Virus record (IMG/VR): IMGVR_UViG_3300036794_000042 | Coordinates: 9,465-73,464 of that record | Source: a virus | Reading direction: 5' to 3' (one strand) | Length of the DNA: 64,000 nt | Shown here: piece after piece, positions 1 through 7,669 of the stretch | Layout: every line of letters starts with the position of its first letter | Position numbering within the stretch: the stretch's first letter is position 1 | Program-made: the position numbers and the translations under genes | The notes under the pieces: model-generated | Seen by the model: only the letters and a program-made list of their open reading frames with translations | The model's database searches: none | Told to the model about the DNA's origin: nothing

Positions 1-1
1 G

Positions 2-130
2 CTGATGATGGTGGCCCGGCAGAGGCTGGCCAGCGGGGATCGCAAGTCGGTGGCCCAGGGAGCGGCCCTGGCCGCCGCGCATCTCGACCGCGAGGCCGCC
101 GCTGCGCGGGTGCGGGGAGGTCTGACGTGA
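2..130 (+). CDS. Hypothetical protein, 5'-truncated at window edge
   Basis: Open frame from base 2 (LMMVARQRLASG...GGLT*); its TGA overlaps the GTG of the next gene. Confidence 0.45.
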   Translation: MMMVARQRLASGDRKSVAQGAALAAAHLDREAAAARVRGGLT

Positions 131-357
131 GCTGTGTCACGAGACGTGATATCCCCTGCGGCTACACGGACACGATGGAGGCCACCCTGGATGAGGGCCA
201 TCTGGTGGTGGATGAGACCTGGCAGTACACCGTTGGTGATGACTTGTGGGCGGTGGGCTCGCAATGCACGCTGCGCACCGCCTACCTGAACGGCCAGATG
301 GTCACCGACCCGGCTGAGGCCCAGCGGCTCTATGAGAAGGCAGGATTCAGGACATGA
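127..357 (+). CDS. Hypothetical phage protein
   Basis: GGAGG RBS, GTG start, 4-nt overlap coupling at both ends. Confidence 0.6.
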   Translation: MSCVTRRDIPCGYTDTMEATLDEGHLVVDETWQYTVGDDLWAVGSQCTLRTAYLNGQMVTDPAEAQRLYEKAGFRT

Positions 358-677
358 ACGAGCCAGCACCGCTGAGCATCGCCATCACGATCTGGCAGGG
401 GCTCTGGCACATCGCGGCCTACAGCCATTCCGGCCTGCGGGTGAGCGACCATGACGCGGGCTACTGGTCGGCCTGCATTCCCCGGCTGCCGTGGCTGCGC
501 GAGTACGTGAGCTGGCGGCCGTCGCTGACCTCCAGCACCCCCTGGCAGGACGTCCCGATTGGCGTGAGGGACAGCCAGGGTGTGCTCTACATGGAGCGGA
601 TGCTGGAGGCCACCAGCACGGGCGAGGTCGAGGCGCTGCTGAAGCTGGCCAGGGCGGTGGGCAGTGGCCAGCGATGA
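354..677 (+). CDS. Hypothetical phage protein
   Basis: ATGA overlap with the upstream gene, GC3-rich codons. Confidence 0.6.
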   Translation: MNEPAPLSIAITIWQGLWHIAAYSHSGLRVSDHDAGYWSACIPRLPWLREYVSWRPSLTSSTPWQDVPIGVRDSQGVLYMERMLEATSTGEVEALLKLARAVGSGQR

Positions 678-879
678 CCAGGTACTGGAGATCAGCGGCT
701 GGCCAGCGTGCGAGACGCAGCGCAAGGTGCAGGACGCTTTTGACAACGCCAGCGACCAGGGCCGCACCACCTGGATTGAAGACGGCGGCAAGCGGATCTG
801 CGCGATCGTGCCGGTCGATGTGGCCGAGGCTGATGAGCTGGCCATGTCGCTGATCACCGGCCGGAAGATGACGCCGTGA
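664..879 (+). CDS. Phd/YefM-like antitoxin-family small protein
   Basis: ACETQRKVQDAFDNA...TTWIEDGGKRICAIVPVD resembles the Phd/YefM pattern (A.E.R..F..LLD.A...V.ITR.GKP.AVLVP). Confidence 0.5.
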   Translation: MASDDQVLEISGWPACETQRKVQDAFDNASDQGRTTWIEDGGKRICAIVPVDVAEADELAMSLITGRKMTP

Positions 880-1049
880 CCGCTCCCCGCATCCAGATGA
901 CCAAGCAGGCGTATGCCGAGCGTGACCTGCGGGTCTTCGAGCTGATCGACGCCGGGCGCAGCAACGCCCAGATCGCGGAGATCCTGGGCATGAGCGCCGA
1001 GACGGTGCGCCGCAAGCGGAGGGCTCGTGAGCGCAAGCAGCAGACCTGA
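876..1049 (+). CDS. LuxR-type helix-turn-helix DNA-binding protein (57 aa, not in the ORF track)
   Basis: MTAPRIQMTKQAYAERDLRVFELIDAGRSNAQIAEILGMSAETVRRKRR...; GTGA overlap; the G.SN.QIA..LG.S..TV HTH signature is present. Confidence 0.75.
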   Translation: MTAPRIQMTKQAYAERDLRVFELIDAGRSNAQIAEILGMSAETVRRKRRARERKQQT

Positions 1050-1164
1050 CCCGCTGGCCGAGCCCGAGGGCTACGGTGTCCGGCCAGGGCAGGAAGAAGG
1101 CCCTGACCTGGAGACCTGCTCGACACAGGTCCAGGGCGGGGAGAACTGCCAGGTCAGGGCGGGC

Positions 1165-1434
1165 ATGATCTTCTGGGCTGGCTGCACGGCCGGCGAGCAC
1201 GCCGGGCCGCTGCCCTACTGTGACCGGCACGCCATCTTCATCGCCGGCCACCAGCAGATGCTCATCTGCGGCCAGGGCCAGTGCGAGGGCCGGATGGTCA
1301 TCATGAAGGTGCAGCGTGTCCTGCCTGATGGCCGTATCGTGGACGCGGCGATGCCAGCCGACCCGGTGGCGCAGCAGGCTCTTGATCAGGTACTCGGAGA
1401 TGACGATGACGCGACCGGCAGGCTGGGTGGGTGA
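1165..1434 (+). CDS. Cys/His-rich hypothetical protein
   Basis: MIFWAGCTAGEH...YCDRH...CGQGQC; ATG at 1165 preferred over 1027 because 1050-1160 is a structured intergenic stretch. Confidence 0.55.
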   Translation: MIFWAGCTAGEHAGPLPYCDRHAIFIAGHQQMLICGQGQCEGRMVIMKVQRVLPDGRIVDAAMPADPVAQQALDQVLGDDDDATGRLGG

Positions 1435-1651
1435 TCCGGCCAACCAGAACCACGACACCGGCCCGGCCAGGCGCGTCAACAGGGCGCACGGCGACGGCAA
1501 GGCGCGCGAGGCCGCCTACCTGATCAGCCAGGGCTACGCCCGCAGCGCCATGTGCGCGCCAATGCGGCTGTCATTGCGCAGCGTGGACAGGTACATTAGA
1601 CGGGCAAAGGACATGGGCCTGCTAGATCACGATCAGGAGATTGCCGTATGA
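1427..1651 (+). CDS. Helix-turn-helix DNA-binding protein
   Basis: AAYLISQGYARSAMCAPMRLSLRSVDRYIRRAK is an HTH pattern; GTG start overlaps the upstream stop region. Confidence 0.6.
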   Translation: MGDPANQNHDTGPARRVNRAHGDGKAREAAYLISQGYARSAMCAPMRLSLRSVDRYIRRAKDMGLLDHDQEIAV

Positions 1652-1992
1652 GGTTCCACTGCTACACGATGACTGACCAGCAGGATCTGCTCAGCCACAC
1701 TCTCGACGCGGACAGCGCGGGCAAGGCCGCTGAGGAAGCCAGCCTGAAGTACCAGACGGATGCGTCCTGGACCGTGGTGAAGATCGCGGAAGACAGTGCG
1801 CCGCTGACCATCCAGGTGGTGGCCCGCACCACCTACCACGCCGCGATGGGCGGCCCCGGCCGGGTGAACCCGCAGTACAGCGCTCCGCAGTCCGGCCTGG
1901 GCACGCCCATCGTGGTGCCCGCGACCGGCCCGCAGGGCACCCAGGTCATCCCGACGCTGCCAGGCGGCCTGCGCACCAACGAGGCGCGGTGA
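1648..1992 (+). CDS. Hypothetical protein
   Basis: ATGA overlap, typical codon usage. Confidence 0.6.
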   Translation: MRFHCYTMTDQQDLLSHTLDADSAGKAAEEASLKYQTDASWTVVKIAEDSAPLTIQVVARTTYHAAMGGPGRVNPQYSAPQSGLGTPIVVPATGPQGTQVIPTLPGGLRTNEAR

Positions 1993-2192
1993 AGGCCAGC
2001 TACGCCGTCACCTGGGACGGCCTGGACCCGCACACTGACCTGTCCATCCTGAAGCAGACCATGAAGACCGCGCTGCTGGCCGGAGCCCGGGAGGGCCTGA
2101 CCGTTGAGGTCAAGCAGGAATGGATCTTGGAGACCGAGCTGGAAAGGCAGGCAGGGCTCGATGAGCATGAGCAGCAACAGCAGCGCACCTGA
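1989..2192 (+). CDS. Hypothetical protein
   Basis: GTGA overlap with the upstream stop. Confidence 0.55.
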   Translation: MKASYAVTWDGLDPHTDLSILKQTMKTALLAGAREGLTVEVKQEWILETELERQAGLDEHEQQQQRT

Positions 2193-2790
2193 GATCCGCA
2201 GCTACCAGCGGACCTACGCCAGCGGCCCGCAGTGCGAGTGGATCATGACCGGGCACAAGCTGCCGAACGGCAAGGTGCGGATCTACGCCAGCCGGAAGGT
2301 GCCCAACAGCCTGGCGTTCGGCCAGAGCGAGATCCGCCATGAGGTCCACTGGCACATCGAGACCGACTGCACCGAGCTGCGGATCGTAGACGGCGACGAC
2401 TGGAACGCGGCGCTCGCGCAGCTCTTCCAGGCGTGGAGCAATGAGGATGCCGAGACCGCCCGCCAGGAGCTGAGGGCACGCGGCTCGATCGAGACCCGTA
2501 CTGACAGCGGCGTCACCATCCACCAGCCCACCAGGGCGCTGCCACGGCCGGTGAAGGACCAGGCATCCTGGGCCAGCCCGGACGCGGACGTGAAGGGCGA
2601 CGTCACCGGGGCCATGAGCAGGGCTGAGAACCCGCCAGGCACCAGCCTGAACCCGACCCCGCCCGGCGAGAACTGTCCCAAGCTGGTCCAGGGGGAGCGC
2701 GAGATGTGGTTCTGCGTGGGCTGCGGCGACTTCCACGCCACCAAGGCCGAGCTGGACCGGATAGCGAAGGAGAACGATGGGAAGCCATGA
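2161..2790 (+). CDS. Hypothetical protein with a C-terminal Zn-ribbon-like motif
   Basis: Start at ATG 2161 (MSMSSNSS); C-terminal CPKL...WFCVGCGDFH. Confidence 0.6.
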   Translation: MSMSSNSSAPEIRSYQRTYASGPQCEWIMTGHKLPNGKVRIYASRKVPNSLAFGQSEIRHEVHWHIETDCTELRIVDGDDWNAALAQLFQAWSNEDAETARQELRARGSIETRTDSGVTIHQPTRALPRPVKDQASWASPDADVKGDVTGAMSRAENPPGTSLNPTPPGENCPKLVQGEREMWFCVGCGDFHATKAELDRIAKENDGKP

Positions 2791-3166
2791 CGGCGGCTCA
2801 GGACGCCACCTGGAGCCTGCGGTGAACCGGCCCGAGGATCGCAACGCCGTGCTGGATTATGAAGAGTTCCCCGGTGGCGCGAGCCTGCGGCAGCTCCAGA
2901 TCTGGATCAACTGGCTGGCCGACGTGGAGGAAGCACCCAAGGACGCTCACCCGCAGTTCAGCATCAACGCCAACGGCGAGATCGAGGGCGGTGTCTGCGT
3001 GCTGCGGCGGGCTCCGGCGAATATGCCGATGGCAATTGCGGTCCGGCCGGACCGCGCTGACCCGCTCGGCGGGCCGCTGCACTCACCCAGGCACGCGCGG
3101 CCGAGGTACGCGGACCAGGATGAGCGGGACTGGGTGACTAACGGATGCAACGGACAGGAGACCTAG
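2777..3166 (+). CDS. Hypothetical protein
   Basis: AAGGAG RBS before the ATG; overlaps the upstream stop. Confidence 0.55.
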   Translation: MGSHDGGSGRHLEPAVNRPEDRNAVLDYEEFPGGASLRQLQIWINWLADVEEAPKDAHPQFSINANGEIEGGVCVLRRAPANMPMAIAVRPDRADPLGGPLHSPRHARPRYADQDERDWVTNGCNGQET

Positions 3167-3170
3167 ATCA

Positions 3171-3563
3171 ATGTCGGTAACCAACTTCACCGGGCCGGTA
3201 CCGCCCGAGGGCGAGACCTGGTGCGCGGTCTGCGCCGCGATGTACAAGGCCCAGTGCATCTCGATGCTGGCTGCCGAGATCAAGGCGGCCGAGCAGGACG
3301 GCAAGGACGGCATCACCTGGCTGAGCCTGGAGAAGGTCGCGGCCAAGGCCGGGGTCGGCCACGGCTTCCTCAAGGTCGCGGTCACCGAGGGCGTCTACGG
3401 CCCGCTGGCCAACTGGGGAGCGCTGAAGGTCTGCTGGTCGCACAACATGGGCCTGGCCATCACCAACGGCATCATCCCGGCCAGCGCGGCCCAGATGCCG
3501 GTGATGCCCGGACCGGGCGGTGGCCGCCAGGTCGGCGGCGTCCCGCTGCTCGGCGGTGGCTGA
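3171..3563 (+). CDS. Hypothetical protein (CxxC...CxxH)
   Basis: GGAG RBS; WCAVC and VCWSH motifs. Confidence 0.6.
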   Translation: MSVTNFTGPVPPEGETWCAVCAAMYKAQCISMLAAEIKAAEQDGKDGITWLSLEKVAAKAGVGHGFLKVAVTEGVYGPLANWGALKVCWSHNMGLAITNGIIPASAAQMPVMPGPGGGRQVGGVPLLGGG

Positions 3564-3855
3564 GCCAGCCTGGACCGGCATCGTGGGCGGCACCGAGACC
3601 CACGACGTGGACGAGCTGGTCGCGCTCATCACCCAGGCGTTTTTAGCTCATGCCGGGGTGGTGGAGCGCGGCTGGCTCTCCTACAGGTCACGATGCACCT
3701 GCGGCTGGCGTTCACGCCGCTGGAGGCGACATGTCAACGCGCAGTTTGACCTGGAGCATCACGCGGATATGCTGGGAGCCTGGAAAGACCACGATCCCGA
3801 TAGGAAAGAAGATCACGATGAGCATGACAGTGAGCGGCGACCGCCCGGAAACTGA
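3556..3855 (+). CDS. Hypothetical protein (CxCGW motif)
   Basis: GTG at 3556 overlaps the upstream stop; RCTCGWRS...LEH is a small-protein pattern common in actinophages. Confidence 0.55.
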   Translation: MAEPAWTGIVGGTETHDVDELVALITQAFLAHAGVVERGWLSYRSRCTCGWRSRRWRRHVNAQFDLEHHADMLGAWKDHDPDRKEDHDEHDSERRPPGN

Positions 3856-4039
3856 CCCGGTGCAGGTCGAGCGCGATGATCTCCAGTACCTGCTGGCCCA
3901 CGTCGCGGACGAGATGTACGGCGACCCGGACCCGGGGCACTGGAAGCTGCCGGTGATCACCAACGTGATCAACCGGCTGGCGAAGATCGCTAACGCAGAC
4001 CAGGCGGCCGGGACGGAGGCGGCCAGTGCCCACCCGTGA
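3818..4039 (+). CDS. Hypothetical protein
   Basis: AGGAAAG RBS before ATG 3818. Confidence 0.55.
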   Translation: MSMTVSGDRPETDPVQVERDDLQYLLAHVADEMYGDPDPGHWKLPVITNVINRLAKIANADQAAGTEAASAHP

Positions 4040-4247
4040 AGAGCGCGAGAAGCTGCTCGGTAACCTGGCCAAGATCCTGAGCGGCCTCCAGGTGCCGGTC
4101 AGCCTGGGCAGCGGCCTGCTGGGCCGGGACGTCACCGTAGCCTGGACCGAGGCGCACCAGGCCACGGCCGGATTCGGCTGGCACGATGCCGCTGAGTACC
4201 GCGAGGGACTGCGCAAGATGCTGGAGGTGCCAGCCGATGATGGATGA
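4026..4247 (+). CDS. Hypothetical protein
   Basis: GGAGG RBS, GTG start. Confidence 0.55.
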   Translation: MPTREEREKLLGNLAKILSGLQVPVSLGSGLLGRDVTVAWTEAHQATAGFGWHDAAEYREGLRKMLEVPADDG

Positions 4248-4599
4248 CAAGGATCTCCAGGATGAGCTGGCCCTGGCGATGGCGCAGAGCAGGATCGAGC
4301 GCGCCGCAGCGAAGCTGCCTGTCATCATCGACGCCAGCGCGATCGGCCCGAACGCCAGCAACAACGTCCGCAACCTGATCCTGATGCTGATCGACTTCGT
4401 GACCGAGGCCGAGAACTGGGACAGGTTCGCCGCGTTCATCAAGGACACCGCCGTACTCCAGGGCGGCCCGGACTTCGACCCCCGCGTGAGGCGGAAGCTG
4501 CTGGACTGGGTGACTGACCTGGACCTGCCGACCCTGATCGAGATCGCAACCCGGCTTATCGTCCCAGGTGAGAAGCCCGGGGAAGGGCCGCTGAACTGA
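4237..4599 (+). CDS. Hypothetical protein
   Basis: GGAGG RBS before ATG 4237; TGATG coupling to the next gene. Confidence 0.6.
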   Translation: MMDDKDLQDELALAMAQSRIERAAAKLPVIIDASAIGPNASNNVRNLILMLIDFVTEAENWDRFAAFIKDTAVLQGGPDFDPRVRRKLLDWVTDLDLPTLIEIATRLIVPGEKPGEGPLN

Positions 4600-4943
4600 T
4601 GAGCGACCCGAGAACCTGGGACAATAAGACTGGCCAGAATGAGTGGGAGCGGCTGGTCGAGGGCAACCGCGTGCGGATCTGCCAGGAAAACCTGGCTTTC
4701 CGGCTCCAGCAGGTGGGCAGCTACGCCCTGGCCGCCGCACAGCGGGAGATCAACGAGCTGAAGGCGCAGCTTGCCCTGGAGCAGGGCCATGCGGTCTGGC
4801 GCTGCATGGAGCGCGAGGTGGACGGCGTGATCGCTGAGATGGACAGGACGGGGGAACGCATTGAGCCCGGCACCGTCATCATGGCCACGGACTCGCGCAG
4901 GCGCTGGGTCTACAGCGATGATGACCACTGGCAGAGGCAGTGA
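4599..4943 (+). CDS. Hypothetical protein
   Basis: TGATG overlap; coiled-coil middle segment. Confidence 0.6.
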   Translation: MSDPRTWDNKTGQNEWERLVEGNRVRICQENLAFRLQQVGSYALAAAQREINELKAQLALEQGHAVWRCMEREVDGVIAEMDRTGERIEPGTVIMATDSRRRWVYSDDDHWQRQ

Positions 4944-5212
4944 TTCAGGGGGCGGTCGCGGTGGTCGCAATGCTCTGGCTGGTGATGGCGGGCAGACGCA
5001 AGCCGCCCGTTCTGCCATGCTCGGTGTGCCAGATGCCGCCCGACATGCACCACGCCCCGGGGTGCCCGATGCCGTGCCGGCTCTGCACCATGAAGGAGAG
5101 CTGGGTGCGCAAGCGGTGGGGCGAGCTGCGGCCGTTCCTGCCCTTCCTCTCGATCCTGGTGCTCGGCATCATCGCCGCCCTGCTGCTCATCTACCTGTTC
5201 GGCTCGGCCTGA
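4940..5212 (+). CDS. Small membrane protein with a Cys/His cluster
   Basis: Hydrophobic N- and C-terminal segments flank CSVC...HH.PGCP.PC..C. Confidence 0.6.
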   Translation: MIQGAVAVVAMLWLVMAGRRKPPVLPCSVCQMPPDMHHAPGCPMPCRLCTMKESWVRKRWGELRPFLPFLSILVLGIIAALLLIYLFGSA

Positions 5213-5315
5213 TCCATCTGCGGGGTGGCCTGCATCTTGCCCGGTGGGCGGTTGTAGGCCACTCCTGGCGCAGGAAGACGATACGCTGCATGAAGTGCGG
5301 CAAGAGCCGCATCAG

Positions 5316-5579
5316 GTGATCATGATCTGGACTAGGGACATCCTGGAGAGGCTATCCATGCCACTGGGCTGGGGCGCGGACCTGAGTACCGCCGAGAAGC
5401 AGGCAAGGGCGTCTGAGCAGGCCCGCAGGGACGCGGCCCGCAAGCTGCGCCGTGAGAAGCGCGAGCAGAAGGCTGCGGCCCGCCGTAAGCGCCGCGCCGA
5501 GAAGAAGATCGCCCGGGACAAGGTGAACAGCAAGAAGGCGTTCCGGCGTGATCAGAAGATCAACAAGAGACTGAGGTAA
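5316..5579 (+). CDS. Lys/Arg-rich basic protein
   Basis: RRDAARKLRREKREQKAAARRKRRAEKK; GTG 5316 or ATG 5322 start. Confidence 0.55.
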   Translation: MIMIWTRDILERLSMPLGWGADLSTAEKQARASEQARRDAARKLRREKREQKAAARRKRRAEKKIARDKVNSKKAFRRDQKINKRLR

Positions 5580-5584
5580 CGATC

Positions 5585-5989
5585 ATGATCCATGCACTGA
5601 CCCCGGTGGAGTTCGTCTGCGTGTTCGCGGTGCTGGCCGGGGCGCTGGCCGTGTTCTGTACCTGGTGGGGCGCACGCTGGGAGCGTGCCAGCCACCAGTG
5701 CGAGGGCAGCACCCTGCTCAGCAACAGCTTCGAGGGCGGTGGCGGCGGTGAGTACGCGGCACAGCGCGAGTACCTGGATGACTTCGCCAGCACGTTCACC
5801 CTGCCTCCAGCGCGCCAGGCGATCGTGGTGCCGCCCAGGTCCATCCAGTACGCCCAGCCCGCGCCGTCATGCGTCAGCCGCGATCTGGGCCTGGAGATGG
5901 CCGTGGCGGACGCCCAGGGCTTCCTGGCGGGCCTGGACGAGTGGGGCGAGGAAGTCAGGAACCGGATCGTTGAGGTGGCGCAGTCATGA
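5585..5989 (+). CDS. Membrane-anchored hypothetical protein
   Basis: N-terminal TM segment (FVCVFAVLAGALAVFCTWW). Confidence 0.6.
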   Translation: MIHALTPVEFVCVFAVLAGALAVFCTWWGARWERASHQCEGSTLLSNSFEGGGGGEYAAQREYLDDFASTFTLPPARQAIVVPPRSIQYAQPAPSCVSRDLGLEMAVADAQGFLAGLDEWGEEVRNRIVEVAQS

Positions 5990-6354
5990 GCGCACCCTTC
6001 CACGTCAGGAACGTCACCGTTGACGCCACCGGAGCCTGGACCCAGGTCTTCCCCGGCATCCAGGCCCGCATACCGGCGACCCTCGGGCCGATGCGCACCC
6101 AGATCGAGGTCAAGATGGAGCCGGTCCCGGTGCGCACAGACATCCGGCCGCCCTGGGCGCAGCCCGAGCCTGAGCCCGAGCCCGAGCCGCAGAAGGTCTA
6201 CGTGGTCTGGGGCCGTCCCGGCCTTGGCGGCCAGCGTGACGTGGTGGTGCTGACCACGATGAGCGAGATCAGGGCGCTGCGGGCGGCTGGCGTGAAGGGC
6301 CGCTGGCTCCAGACGCTGGAGGTGGATGGCGATGACGAGCAAGAGGGACCGTGA
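5986..6354 (+). CDS. Hypothetical protein with a (PE)n linker
   Basis: ATGA overlap; QPEPEPEPEPQ. Confidence 0.6.
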   Translation: MSAPFHVRNVTVDATGAWTQVFPGIQARIPATLGPMRTQIEVKMEPVPVRTDIRPPWAQPEPEPEPEPQKVYVVWGRPGLGGQRDVVVLTTMSEIRALRAAGVKGRWLQTLEVDGDDEQEGP

Positions 6355-6664
6355 GGAAGAGGCCCAGTTCCAGGAGCTGAGGAACATGGGCGTCATCGGC
6401 CAGGCTGCGCCGGAGGGCGAAGACCCGCTGATGGGCGCGGTGCGCCGGGCTCAGGCGTTCCAGCGCGAGGCGGACGAGATCATGGCCGGTGCGGCTGGCG
6501 ACCCGCCGCCTAGCCCGCCAGCGCCGGAGCTAGTGGCCGGAGGCACGCACCTGGTGCTGGACTTCCAGACCGCTGAGCTGCGGAAGGAGTTCGAGAGCTG
6601 GATGAAGAGCACCGAGGTTGAGGGCGGCTGGCCATCGTTCGGCACCTGGAGGGACGCGCACTGA
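6326..6664 (+). CDS. Hypothetical protein
   Basis: GGAGG RBS; last gene before a terminator hairpin. Confidence 0.55.
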   Translation: MAMTSKRDREEEAQFQELRNMGVIGQAAPEGEDPLMGAVRRAQAFQREADEIMAGAAGDPPPSPPAPELVAGGTHLVLDFQTAELRKEFESWMKSTEVEGGWPSFGTWRDAH

Positions 6665-6670
6665 GCGAAC

Positions 6671-6714
6671 AGAGCCCGGCACAGCGAGCAAGATGTGCCG
6701 GGCTCTTTCCTTCC
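6671..6714 (+). terminator. Intrinsic terminator-like hairpin
   Basis: AGAGCCCGGCACA (6671-83) / TGTGCCGGGCTCT (6694-6706) 13-bp stem followed by TTCCTTCC. Confidence 0.7.
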
Positions 6715-6722
6715 CCAAGCGC

Positions 6723-6751
6723 GTGCAAAGGCGAAATCGCTCTGTTATCGT
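6723..6751 (+). promoter_or_regulatory. Putative SigA-type promoter for the LysM/Rpf gene
   Basis: GTGCAA-17 bp-TATCGT with an extended TG motif, right after the terminator. Confidence 0.5.
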
Positions 6752-6835
6752 CCGGGGAAGTCAGGCGCTGGCCCGGTTCCAGCCCCACCCCGAGGTAATG
6801 GCCCGGATCGCGCAACCTGCGAGCAAAGGATAGCT

Positions 6836-7567
6836 GTGTACCGTGCTGTTCTCTATGCCCTTTCAGCGGTAGTCCTGGTCTTTTTCGCACTGATGCCCCG
6901 GGCGGGTGTCACCCATGCACCACCTGGCATGGTCTTTGCCAGATACGGCCCCGGAAATGGCCCGGCAGCGGTCTCCAAGACGATCTCGATCCAGACGAGT
7001 TACAAGGTCAGGCAGGGCGACACCCTCAGCTCGATCGCCCGGCACGTCTACGGCCACGCCAGCCGGTGGCCGGCGCTCTGGTACACCAACCGCAAGAAGG
7101 TCCATAACCCGAACGCCCTGGACGCCGGGGTGACGCTCCAGCTCAGCGCCTGGCACCCGCGCAAGAGCTGGATCTTGCACAAGGCGCTCAACCACATCCC
7201 CAAGCCGCCGCCGCCACCGGCCCCGGCACCCGTCCAGGCAGCAGCGCCCGCAGCGGCCACGGCCGCGTCAGACGCCCAGCCCGCAGCAGACCCGGCACCG
7301 GCAGCCGCGCCAGCGGAGAACGTCTCCACGGCTGGCATGGGCAGCTTCCAGAGCTGCGTGATCAACGCGGAGAGCGGCGGCAACAGCCAGGTGATGAACA
7401 GCACCGGGCACTACGGCCTGTACCAGTTCAGCGCACAGACCTGGGCGGCGCACGGCGGCAACCCGGCTGACTTCGGCCATGCGTCGGTGGCCGAGCAGAA
7501 CCAGGTCTTCGCCAGCACCTATGCCCAGGACGGCACCAGCGACTGGGCACCCTATGACGGATGCTGA
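6836..7567 (+). CDS. Secreted LysM + resuscitation-promoting-factor (Rpf)-like transglycosylase
   Basis: AAAGGA RBS + GTG 6836; signal peptide/TM; LysM (YKVRQGDTLSSIA...NPNAL); Pro/Ala linker; Rpf-like core CVINAESGG...GLYQF...TW...EQ...W..C with catalytic Glu. Confidence 0.85.
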   Translation: MYRAVLYALSAVVLVFFALMPRAGVTHAPPGMVFARYGPGNGPAAVSKTISIQTSYKVRQGDTLSSIARHVYGHASRWPALWYTNRKKVHNPNALDAGVTLQLSAWHPRKSWILHKALNHIPKPPPPPAPAPVQAAAPAAATAASDAQPAADPAPAAAPAENVSTAGMGSFQSCVINAESGGNSQVMNSTGHYGLYQFSAQTWAAHGGNPADFGHASVAEQNQVFASTYAQDGTSDWAPYDGC

Positions 7568-7611
7568 CCAGCGGGTAGCCTGCTGACCAGTGTCCCTGCC
7601 AGCCAACCTCC

Positions 7612-7649
7612 GCAGGCCCGGCCCGATCCCCCGTGAGGGCCGGGCCTGC
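7612..7649 (+). terminator. GC-rich hairpin (terminator or processing site)
   Basis: GCAGGCCCGGCCC / GGGCCGGGCCTGC 13-bp stem between genes. Confidence 0.5.
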
Positions 7650-7669
7650 ACCCATCCCCGGGAGTAATC

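Noticed and set aside
6768-6800. tRNA-like GGTTCCAGCCCC segment
   Set aside because: No T-stem pairing, acceptor stem or anticodon arm can be built.
6752-6835. c-di-AMP (ydaO) riboswitch ahead of the Rpf gene, as found for Streptomyces rpfA
   Set aside because: The leader is only about 80 nt and I could not find the conserved ydaO elements. An Infernal search against the ydaO-yuaA model would settle it.
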